64,000 nt of DNA from an uncultured Thermoplasmatales archaeon (GTDB taxonomy: Archaea > Thermoplasmatota > SW-10-69-26 > JACQPN01 > CAZDGP01), in contig CAZDGP010000002.1 in assembly GCA_964505085.1 (NCBI GenBank), positions 32,421 to 96,420 on the forward strand, in the 5' to 3' direction. Below the pieces are notes generated by a model. That model did no database searches, had not been told where the DNA came from, and saw only the letters and a list, made by a program, of their open reading frames with translations. Shown piece after piece: positions 28,911-37,144 of the stretch. Positions within the stretch are counted from its first letter, which is position 1; each line of letters begins with the position of its first letter. The translations under genes were made by a program, and so were the position numbers.

Positions 28911-28961
28911 TTACGTGTAATGCACGTGTAGTATAAAGGATTTTACGTGTCTTGCACGTAA
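28911..28961 (-). promoter_or_regulatory. TATA box (CCTTTATA) flanked by two TTACGTG-N5-CACGT inverted repeats
   Basis: Repeats at 28911-28929 and 28943-28961; TATA at 28932-28939. Confidence 0.8.
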
Positions 28962-29398
28962 CTGGGGGCTATGGGGGGTGGGGAACGGGCATCCGCCAAG
29001 CCCTTGTCATGGGGCCCGACATCATGTGGCAGCGGAACAACGTGTCGGAGGGGGGTGGCGGAACGTACCCGCGAGCTTGGGGAACGCAGCTCATCGCGAC
29101 AGGGCCCGTACGGCGGCCCTACGTGGGTCGTGGGCACGCATCACGGCGCAGAGGGCGTGGCAGGGTCGCGGGAGGACCGGTGGGTGAGAGGTTGTGCCGC
29201 GGGGTAGCGCTCTCAGCGGTCGGTCCAAGCTACCTCCCCCTGGCGTCCGGACGGCCGGTGGAACGCGGAACCGGTATCAGGGAGCAACCTCTTCCTAGGT
29301 TACGATCCGTTCCACCCGATGCGCTGGGGGCCTGCAGCATGCGTCGCGCTTGGCCGTGAGCCTTCGTCGGGTGTGGAAGGGTGCGGGAGGAGCACGGC

Positions 29399-29704
29399 AT
29401 GACCGAGCAGGTGTACACGTTGGGCGAGTGGCATGTCAAGGAGGGCCGGCAGGAGGGGTTCATCGCGGCGTGGAAGGCGCTGGGGGAGGTCTTCGGCGAC
29501 CTGGAGGAGCCGCCGGGGAGGGGCACGCTCGTGCAGAGCGCGTCGGACCCGCTCCTCTTCTACTCCTGGGGTCCGTGGCCGAGCATGGAGGCCGTGGAGG
29601 CCATGCGGGAGGACCCGCGGGCTCAGGAGGGCATCGGGGAGATCGTGGCACATTGCACGGAGGCGACGCCGGGGGCGTTCCGTGTGGTGGCGGAGTCACC
29701 TTAG
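29399..29704 (+). CDS. ABM (antibiotic biosynthesis monooxygenase)-like protein
   Basis: WHVKEGRQEGF..AW, SDP..FYS.G.W.SMEA. Confidence 0.8.
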   Translation: MTEQVYTLGEWHVKEGRQEGFIAAWKALGEVFGDLEEPPGRGTLVQSASDPLLFYSWGPWPSMEAVEAMREDPRAQEGIGEIVAHCTEATPGAFRVVAESP

Positions 29705-29886
29705 CGGGGGCATGGAGGGGGTCGGTCGGTGGGGGTGGGCCGCCGTCGGCGCGTGCGACCCCTCTTCTTTTGCTGTACGTGGGCCCCATGGGGGCATCGT
29801 CCCCGCGCCCCGCGCAGGGTGAAAACGCCCCTCCCGCCGAACCCGAAACGCTTTATACGACGCAGGGATGACACCCTTTACGAACC

Positions 29887-30561
29887 ATGAGCTCCGCCGT
29901 CGAGGGGTTCACCGTCACCGGCACCTGGGAGGACGTGGTGGAGCACGGGGAACGCGTGAGCTACGCGCTCCAGCAGGTGGGCGCCACCAACGGCAACGCG
30001 CCCTCCGGGTTGAACGAGGACGAGGCGTGGCAGCTCTTCACCCAGTGGGAGGAGTGGCGCCCCAAGCGGGAGGAGGAGCTCGACGACGAGATGGACCAGA
30101 AGACCGCCGAGCAGGCGAGCATCGGCGAGGGGGAAGGCGAGCGGAAGGGTCGGGAGCCCCAGGAGGACATGCAGCGCGCGGGGGAGCGCTTCACCAGCGG
30201 CCTCCGGGAGTCCAACGGGGACCTGAACACCCTGGTGGGGAAGTTCACGGAGTCCACGAGCTACGTGGCCCGCGCCCTGGACAGCGTGGGTCGACGCATG
30301 CTCCGCTCCCTCGAGGAGGTCATCTACCGCCGCGTCATGACCCGCATCGCACCCTACTACTTCGACAACCCCCTCGTGAGCGCGAGCATCCACCGGGAGA
30401 ACGGCGGCAGGCCCCAGCCTGCGCCGGGGACCAACGAACCCAACGCCGACGAGATGGACGAGGACCCCGACGAGATGTTCGTCCTCGAGGTGCACGTCCA
30501 CGACGACGACCTCAAGGACGCGGTGGACAGGCACCTCCACGGCGAGGACGCCACCGCGTGA
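29887..30561 (+). CDS. Conserved hypothetical protein resembling haloarchaeal DUF5828
   Basis: GF...GTWEDVVEHGER, WEEWRPK, KTAEQAS, PYYFDN.LVSA. Confidence 0.7.
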   Translation: MSSAVEGFTVTGTWEDVVEHGERVSYALQQVGATNGNAPSGLNEDEAWQLFTQWEEWRPKREEELDDEMDQKTAEQASIGEGEGERKGREPQEDMQRAGERFTSGLRESNGDLNTLVGKFTESTSYVARALDSVGRRMLRSLEEVIYRRVMTRIAPYYFDNPLVSASIHRENGGRPQPAPGTNEPNADEMDEDPDEMFVLEVHVHDDDLKDAVDRHLHGEDATA

Positions 30562-30602
30562 CACCGATGGCTTGAAACCTCCTCAGGACCAGGCGGCTAC
30601 CC

Positions 30603-31784
30603 ATGGTGGACCCCGGAAGCTTCGCGGTGCTCGCCCTGGCGGGCCTGGCAGGCCTCTTCATGGCCTGGGCCATCGGCGCCGGCTCCAGCGGCTCCACACC
30701 CTTCGCGCCGGCCGTGGGCGCCAACGCCGTGGGCATCCTCCGCGCCGCCCTCGTGGTGGGGATCCTTGGGTTCGCGGGGGCGGTGATGCAGGGCGCCAAC
30801 GTCACCGAGGCCGTGGGCCGCGAGCTCGTGGCCGGCGCAGGCCTCACCCCCGGCGCCGCCGCCGTGGTGCTCCTCACCAGCAGCGTCCTCGTGGCCCTGG
30901 GCGTCTTCGCTGGGGTGCCCGTGGCCACCGCCTTCGCCGTCACGGGGGCCGTCGTCGGCGCCGGCGTGGCCCTGGGCGGCACCCCGAACTGGGCGAAGCT
31001 CGGGCAGATAGGCGCCATGTGGGTCCTCGTCCCCCCCGTGGGAGGCATCGCCGGGTACCTCACCGCCAGGCTACTGCGGGCCGAGCACGTGCCGGAGCGC
31101 GCGGTGCTCCCCATCCTGGGAGCCCTGGTGGGCGGGGTGCTCGCCCACGTGCGCCTGGCGCCTCTTGGTCCCGACACCGACTCCGCGAGCATCGCCGAGG
31201 TGGCCTCCGCCCAAGCCTCCACGTCGCTCCTCGCGACCTCCGCGGCCGCCACGGTCCTCATGGCGGCGGCAGGCGCGGTCCTCGTGTGGTGGGGGGCACG
31301 CCGCGACGCCGAGCGGGGTCAGCGAAGGTTCCTCCTGGCGCTTGGGGGTCTCGTGGCCTTCAGCGCCGGCGCGAGCCAGGTGGGCCTCGCCATCGGGCCG
31401 TTGCTTCCCCTCGTGGAGCCCCTGGGCGTCCCCCTCGAGTGGGTCCTCACCCTGGGGGGTCTCGGGCTCCTGGCGGGGTCATGGACGGGGGCGCCGCGCC
31501 TCATCAAGAGCCTCGCCCGGGACTTCGCGAGCCTGGGGCCCCGCCGGGGCATCGGGGCGCTCATCCCCGCGTTCCTCCTCGCTCAGACCGCGGTGCTCTT
31601 CGGCGTGCCGGTGAGCTTCAACGAGATCATGGTGAGCGCCATCGTGGGAAGCGGCCTCGCCGCCGGCACGGCGGGTGTGAGCGGTCGGAAGATGGGGGTG
31701 ACGGTGGCAGCCTGGGTGGGAAGCTTCGTCCTGGCCCTCGTCGTGTGCTACGTCCTCGTGTGGCTCATGACGCTGTGGGTGTGA
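30603..31784 (+). CDS. PiT-family inorganic phosphate/anion transporter
   Basis: AWAIGAG...FAPAVGA, GVPVAT, GVPVSFNE. Confidence 0.82.
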   Translation: MVDPGSFAVLALAGLAGLFMAWAIGAGSSGSTPFAPAVGANAVGILRAALVVGILGFAGAVMQGANVTEAVGRELVAGAGLTPGAAAVVLLTSSVLVALGVFAGVPVATAFAVTGAVVGAGVALGGTPNWAKLGQIGAMWVLVPPVGGIAGYLTARLLRAEHVPERAVLPILGALVGGVLAHVRLAPLGPDTDSASIAEVASAQASTSLLATSAAATVLMAAAGAVLVWWGARRDAERGQRRFLLALGGLVAFSAGASQVGLAIGPLLPLVEPLGVPLEWVLTLGGLGLLAGSWTGAPRLIKSLARDFASLGPRRGIGALIPAFLLAQTAVLFGVPVSFNEIMVSAIVGSGLAAGTAGVSGRKMGVTVAAWVGSFVLALVVCYVLVWLMTLWV

Positions 31785-31847
31785 CGCGGTCAAGATGAGA
31801 GAAGAGGAACGGGGGAGAAGGGGCGTTGTGGCCCGTGGCGTGGAGCC

Positions 31848-33065
31848 TCACTCACCCACGAGCTTCAGCACCTGCACGTCGCTGGCGCCGGTGTACACGT
31901 AGCCCTCGTGGTACCGGGCGTCCCACACGCTCGTGGCGGGCTCGGCGATGTCCAGGATCCGGGGCTCGCTGGGGTCGTCGAAGTTCACCATCATGGTGCC
32001 ACCCTCGTACCATCCCATGACGAGGACGTTGCGGTCGTCGATGACGTCGCCGAAGTGGCTGCCGCAGTTCGCCCGGGGACCGTCCTCGGGCGTGGGGCGC
32101 TGGATGTGGCTCATCTGCTTGGGGTTCTCGGGGTCGCTGATGTCGTAGAACCACGCCGCCGCCGTGGGCGTCTGCAGGGTCGTGACGCCCGCGTCCTCGC
32201 GGAAGCAGTTCGGGGCGATGAACTCGTCGTTGAGGATGAGCACGTCACCCTCGGTGTTGGTCACGGCCTGGTGGTGGTACCAGATGCGGGGGTCGTCGAT
32301 GAGGCTCAACCACTCGGGGTCCTTGGGGTCCTCGCTGATGTCCCAGATGAAGCTCTCGCCGCCGCCCTCGCCGTAGCGGCTGCCGCCGCCGGCGCAGAAG
32401 GCGAGGCCCATGTCCTCCCGCACGGTGATGTCGTGGCACCCGTTGCTCGTGACGGCCACGCCGTCCACGGTGGCGGGGATGGGGAACTCGAAGAGCTCAG
32501 GGTCCTCGGGGTTCGCGGCGTCGAGGCCGTAGATGGCGTCGCCGGCGCCGCTGTTGTAGATGATGCTCGTGCCCTCCACCACGGCCACGTTGTGGGCGGT
32601 GGTGCCGCCGGGGAGCTTGGTGGTGCTCAGGAGCTTCGGGGCCGTGGGGTCGGTGGCGTCCACGAGGTGGATGCCGTCGCTGGAGCCGCCGAGCACGGCG
32701 ATGCGCTGCCCGCCCTCGAGGTGCAGGACGTCGACGTCCCGGGCGTACACGTCGCCCAGGGTACTGAGCGTCTGGGGGTTGGCGGGGTCGGTGATGTTGG
32801 CGATGGTGAGGCCGCCACCGAGGCTCGTGGCGAAGAGGAGATCCGCCTCCTCGTCGAACCAGATCCCGGAGCCGCCGCTTGCCTCGGTCTCGAGCACCGC
32901 GGCCTCCTCGAACCCGGTGATGATGTCCGGGAGCATCGCGGCGGTGGCATCCGCGAGGTCGTCGACGTTCTGCTGGTCGAGGGAACCGTCCTCCACGGGC
33001 TGGACGCATCCCGCCAGGAGGCTCCCCAGGATGAGGACCGATGCTACGAGGGCCGTGCTACGCAT
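31848..33065 (-). CDS. Lipoprotein, LVIVD-repeat beta-propeller
   Basis: LAGC lipobox; repeated (D/N)I(T/S)DP.NP; CHDI, HHQA, CGSH. Confidence 0.8.
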   Translation of the reverse strand: MRSTALVASVLILGSLLAGCVQPVEDGSLDQQNVDDLADATAAMLPDIITGFEEAAVLETEASGGSGIWFDEEADLLFATSLGGGLTIANITDPANPQTLSTLGDVYARDVDVLHLEGGQRIAVLGGSSDGIHLVDATDPTAPKLLSTTKLPGGTTAHNVAVVEGTSIIYNSGAGDAIYGLDAANPEDPELFEFPIPATVDGVAVTSNGCHDITVREDMGLAFCAGGGSRYGEGGGESFIWDISEDPKDPEWLSLIDDPRIWYHHQAVTNTEGDVLILNDEFIAPNCFREDAGVTTLQTPTAAAWFYDISDPENPKQMSHIQRPTPEDGPRANCGSHFGDVIDDRNVLVMGWYEGGTMMVNFDDPSEPRILDIAEPATSVWDARYHEGYVYTGASDVQVLKLVGE

Positions 33066-33204
33066 AGGGGCGCGAGTCGATCCAGCAACTTAAAGGGTTT
33101 CTTGTACACGCGTCGTCGGGGCGGTGCGAGGGGGACACGAAGAGAGCGTCACGATAGCTTTGAAGTGCCGGGGGAAGGATGGGGCGACCTGGAGGCAGTG
33201 CAAC

Positions 33205-33615
33205 ATGAAGGCAACCAAGATCATCATCGCGTGCATGCTCGTGCTGGCGTTCGGAGCGGTCCCCGCCCTGGGCGCCGACGCGAGCGCCAGCGTGAGCGGA
33301 CAGTGCTACGCCGACGACGACCACGAGACCGGCGGCGAGGGCAGCGTCGGAGCCGACAGCGACGGGAACACCGACCTCGTGGACGTCGAGGAGACCCAGA
33401 GCATCGCCGAGGCCCTCGCCACCTTCGGTCAGGGCGCCGCCGAGGAGATCGCCGCGGGCAACCCCGGTGGCGACGCCTGCGACAACACCGACGATGACGA
33501 CAACGACGGCACGGAGGAGGACGAGGACGGACTCGGTGGCAGTGCGCATGTTGCCGGGTACTCCGTCGAGGCGTGCTACGACAACGAGGGCCTGCACGCT
33601 CCCGGCTCCTGCTGA
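33205..33615 (+). CDS. Small secreted acidic hypothetical protein
   Basis: Signal peptide; four Cys in the mature region; followed by a pyrimidine tract. Confidence 0.65.
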   Translation: MKATKIIIACMLVLAFGAVPALGADASASVSGQCYADDDHETGGEGSVGADSDGNTDLVDVEETQSIAEALATFGQGAAEEIAAGNPGGDACDNTDDDDNDGTEEDEDGLGGSAHVAGYSVEACYDNEGLHAPGSC

Positions 33616-33620
33616 ACCGA

Positions 33621-33669
33621 CCCCCTCCCTTCCCCCCGTCCCCCTTCTTCCCCCCGTCCCCATCCTCCG
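33621..33669 (+). terminator. C-rich pyrimidine tract, putative terminator
   Basis: Immediately after the stop; the same pattern follows several other genes. Confidence 0.45.
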
Positions 33670-33730
33670 TCGTTTGCGAACCCCTTATGAAGCGTGGACC
33701 CCTAAGAGGGTTCGGAGCCGTGGCGCCACC

Positions 33731-35086
33731 ATGAACCCCAACGTCCGCGAGGAGTTCCCCGTGCTCGAGACGAAGCTCACGAGCGCCGTGACGGGGGAGA
33801 CGATGCCCCTCACGTACCTCGATCACGCGGCGAGCACCCACGCGCCCCGGAGCGTCCTCGAGGAGCACCAGCGCTTCCTGAGCGAGGCCTACGCCAACGT
33901 GCACCGTGGCGCCCACCACCTGAGCATCGTGAGCACCGAGACCTTCGAGGACGTGCGCTGGAAGGTGGCGGCCTTCGTGGGCGCCCCGGACCACCACGAG
34001 GTCGTCTTCACCGCCAACACCACGGAGGCCCTCAACGTCGCCGCCCACCTCCTCGCCCACGAGGAGGGCGAGACCCTCGTCACGCTCCTCGAGCACCACA
34101 GCAACGACCTCCCCCACCGGGCACGGGGCCCCGTGACCCACGTGGACTGCCTCGACACGGGGGAGCTTGACCTCGAGGACCTCGAGACGAAGCTCCGCAC
34201 CCGGGACGTGAAGCTCCTGGCCGTGAGCGCCGCCAGCAACGTCACCGGCATCCGCCCGCCCCTGGACGCGGTGGTGGAGATGGCCCACGACGCCGGCGCC
34301 CGCGTCCTCGTGGACGGCGCCCAGGCCCTCGCCCACACGCCGCTGGACATCCAGAACCTGGGCGATGGCGGCCCGGACCTCTTCGCCGCCCCTGGTCACA
34401 AGGCCTACGCCCCCATGGGCTCGAGCTTCCTCACCGCCGACCCGGAGCTCCTGGACGCCGCACCGCCCTTCCGGCCCGGCGGGGGTACGGTGAAGCTCGT
34501 GAGCCGCGACGACGTCACCTGGGTCACGGGGGCTGAACGCCACGAGGGCGGCACCCCCAACGTGGCCGGTGTGGCGGCTCTGGGCGCTGCCCTGGACTTC
34601 CTCCGGAACCAGCACATGGACGAGGTGCGGGCCCACGAGCGCGAGCTCCTCACGCACCTCCACGCGGGTCTCCGGGGCATCGAGGGTGTGGAGGTCTACG
34701 GGGAGGTGGAGCCCGAGGACCGCGTGGGTGTTGCCACCTTCAACGTGGAGGGCGTGCCCCACGCCCTCGCCAGCACGATCCTGGACAACGAGTTCGGCAT
34801 CGCCACCCGCAACGGGTGCTTCTGCGCCCATCCCTACCTCGTGCGCCTCATGGACATGGGGGACGAGGTGGAGCCTCTGAGGGAGCGCCTCCGGCAGGGT
34901 GCGTCCACCCGGGACCCGGACTTCCCGGGCGCCGTGCGGGCGAGCCTCGGCATCTACAACGGGGAGGAGGAGGTCGAACGCCTCCTGGGAGCCGTGGAGG
35001 TCCTCGCGGACCGTGCGTGGCGGGGGTCCTACACCTTCGATGAGGAGCGGAAGGCGTGGCGCGCGTCCAAGACGCCCCCCGCGTAA
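33731..35086 (+). CDS. Class V aminotransferase, cysteine desulfurase (SufS-like)
   Basis: YLDHAAST, ANVHRG, EHHSN, DGAQ, PGHK, EGGTPN, RNGCFCAHP. Confidence 0.9.
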   Translation: MNPNVREEFPVLETKLTSAVTGETMPLTYLDHAASTHAPRSVLEEHQRFLSEAYANVHRGAHHLSIVSTETFEDVRWKVAAFVGAPDHHEVVFTANTTEALNVAAHLLAHEEGETLVTLLEHHSNDLPHRARGPVTHVDCLDTGELDLEDLETKLRTRDVKLLAVSAASNVTGIRPPLDAVVEMAHDAGARVLVDGAQALAHTPLDIQNLGDGGPDLFAAPGHKAYAPMGSSFLTADPELLDAAPPFRPGGGTVKLVSRDDVTWVTGAERHEGGTPNVAGVAALGAALDFLRNQHMDEVRAHERELLTHLHAGLRGIEGVEVYGEVEPEDRVGVATFNVEGVPHALASTILDNEFGIATRNGCFCAHPYLVRLMDMGDEVEPLRERLRQGASTRDPDFPGAVRASLGIYNGEEEVERLLGAVEVLADRAWRGSYTFDEERKAWRASKTPPA

Positions 35087-35167
35087 GGGGGGTGTCAACG
35101 GCCTAGGTGTTCCGCCCTGGGGGTTAAGTACCCCTGGTACCTATTGTCATGGGATGAGGCGGGCCAC

Positions 35168-36214
35168 ATGGTACAACTATTGGAAGGACCCATCACATGG
35201 TCTCCGCAGGAAGCCGTCGGCATCCTGCAGGAGAGCGGCATCGTGGGTTGCGGAGGCGCGGGCTTCCCAACCTACGTGAAGTACGCGAAACCGCAACCGA
35301 CGCTCCTCGTGAACGCCGCGGAGAGCGAACCGGGCTACTACTGCGACAAGCTCCAGCTCCGGGACGAAGCCCGCGAGATGGCGAACGTCTTCGAGGTGCT
35401 CCGGGGCCTCTTCGACATGGAGCGCTTCGTCGTCGGCGCCGAGGACGTAGCCGAACCGTACCTCGGGGACCTCGAGGCCATCGCCGAGGAGGAAGGGGGC
35501 TTCGAGGTGCGCTACTTCGAGAGCAAGTACAAGTACGGGCAGGAGAAGGCGCTCTGCAAGGTGGTGCTGGACCTGGAGATCCCCAGGGACCAGCTCCCCC
35601 AGCACCAGGGCGTCATCGTGAACAACAACGAGACCCTCCGCAACATCTACCGAGCGCTCGTCAGAGGCGAACCCGTGACCACGAAGCTCCTCCACGTCTA
35701 CGGGGAGGGTTGCGAGGGCGTGAAGGCCTTCGAGGCGCCCGTGGGCACGCTGGCCACGGACCTCCTGGAGCTCGCCGACGTGAACATCGCCGAGGTGAGC
35801 GACTGCTTCCTCTACGATGGCGGCCCCATCCTCTCGGACCGCGTCATGGACCCCATCGGGGAATCCGCCGACGCTCCCGTGCGACGGAACACGAACGGCT
35901 TCCTCGTGGTGCACCCCGACAAGGACCGACCACGGAACGCGTACTACCCCACGGAGGACTTCGAGCACAACAGCATCGACATGCCCTGGGCGCCCACGGA
36001 GATCGTGGACGTCACGGAGAGCATCGACCGCGTCCGCGTCCCGCGCACCGTGCCCTTCGGCGAACCCGCGCAGGTCCGCGTGCGCCCCGGGGACACCGTG
36101 GAACGCGGCGACGACATCGGCCTTGCACCCAGCGGCCTGGGCGTGGGGCTCCACGCGAGCATCCCGGGTGAGGTGACGAGCCTCACGCCGGAGTACGTGG
36201 AGATCACGCGGTGA
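35168..36214 (+). CDS. PduS/RnfC-like flavoprotein (Complex I 51-kDa-type domain, SLBB, C-terminal barrel-sandwich hybrid)
   Basis: GIVGCGGAGFPT.VK, NAAESEP, YGQE, APVGT, GGP; V.PGD.V.RGD.IG...HASIPG. Confidence 0.8.
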   Translation: MVQLLEGPITWSPQEAVGILQESGIVGCGGAGFPTYVKYAKPQPTLLVNAAESEPGYYCDKLQLRDEAREMANVFEVLRGLFDMERFVVGAEDVAEPYLGDLEAIAEEEGGFEVRYFESKYKYGQEKALCKVVLDLEIPRDQLPQHQGVIVNNNETLRNIYRALVRGEPVTTKLLHVYGEGCEGVKAFEAPVGTLATDLLELADVNIAEVSDCFLYDGGPILSDRVMDPIGESADAPVRRNTNGFLVVHPDKDRPRNAYYPTEDFEHNSIDMPWAPTEIVDVTESIDRVRVPRTVPFGEPAQVRVRPGDTVERGDDIGLAPSGLGVGLHASIPGEVTSLTPEYVEITR

Positions 36215-36317
36215 AGGACGAGGGGACCGGGCATCGAGGGCCCCCAGGGTCACCTGTGGACTACGCTTGAAGCACAAGCTTTAAGTTCCCGCAAGGGTGA
36301 CCGGGGCCTCGTTCCCT

Positions 36318-36566
36318 ATGGCCCGCGACCCAGATCCATCGTCCCACGAGCCCGCACCCGAGCACGTCGAGGCAACCGTCTTCCTCCCCGACCACCTCGT
36401 GGAGGAGTTCCTCGACTGGTGCGAGGAGCACCTCGGCCAGCTTCCGAACCTCGAGCGCGTGCAGGACGAGGAGACCCTGGGTCGTTACGCACCCTTCTAC
36501 AAGCTCATGGCCGCCCAGGACGAGGACCGCCTGCTCGCTGCCATCGAAGCCCGCTCGCAGAACTGA
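36318..36566 (+). CDS. Small hypothetical protein
   Basis: TTTAAG box at about 36280; coding-like composition. Confidence 0.6.
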   Translation: MARDPDPSSHEPAPEHVEATVFLPDHLVEEFLDWCEEHLGQLPNLERVQDEETLGRYAPFYKLMAAQDEDRLLAAIEARSQN

Positions 36567-36648
36567 GGTGCCTCCCGGGATCGCTCGCGGTCCCCGGCAT
36601 CTCGCCTGCGGTTGACCTCCCCCGCTTCCTCTCCCATTTACCTCCCAG

Positions 36649-37092
36649 CTACAGCGCCGGCAGGGTCATGCCCAGAAGCGCCAGGGCTCCCGCCACGAGC
36701 AACGCCACGGCCACGTTCGCCATGGCGCTAACACCGTGGAGCTTGGCGAAACGCTCACGGTCCCCGTGCTCCCGCGCGCGCCGCATGCGGGGTGTGGCCA
36801 CCCACCCGTTCCCCACCGTGACCAACACCGCCACCAGGAGCAGCACAGCCCCCACGAAGCCCAGGCCGCCCCCGTGGGTGGCCAGCGCCGCCGCGGCACC
36901 CAGGAGCCCCACCAGGGCCCCCACGCCGAAGTAGAGGGGGAAGACCGCCGAGACCACGCGGCCCGCATCCTCCCGCTCCAGCACCTGGAACACCCGGGGC
37001 GTCACCCCGGCCGTCCAGAAGAGGATCATACCCAGCCACAGGCTCGGAAGCACCACCGTACCAACGGTCGTCGTCGCCTCCAGGGTCGCCAT
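36649..37092 (-). CDS. DUF4149/TMEM205-like membrane protein
   Basis: P.VF..L....AG.V...VFP.YF and FAKLHGVS. Confidence 0.78.
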   Translation of the reverse strand: MATLEATTTVGTVVLPSLWLGMILFWTAGVTPRVFQVLEREDAGRVVSAVFPLYFGVGALVGLLGAAAALATHGGGLGFVGAVLLLVAVLVTVGNGWVATPRMRRAREHGDRERFAKLHGVSAMANVAVALLVAGALALLGMTLPAL

Positions 37093-37144
37093 GGACGCCC
37101 AAGGACCCTCGGGGGTTAGGAAGCTTCCGGAACCCCGCGTCCCG

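Noticed and set aside
28962..29398. SRP RNA, RNase P RNA or another ncRNA
   Set aside because: No diagnostic motifs found on either strand by eye; an Rfam scan would settle it.
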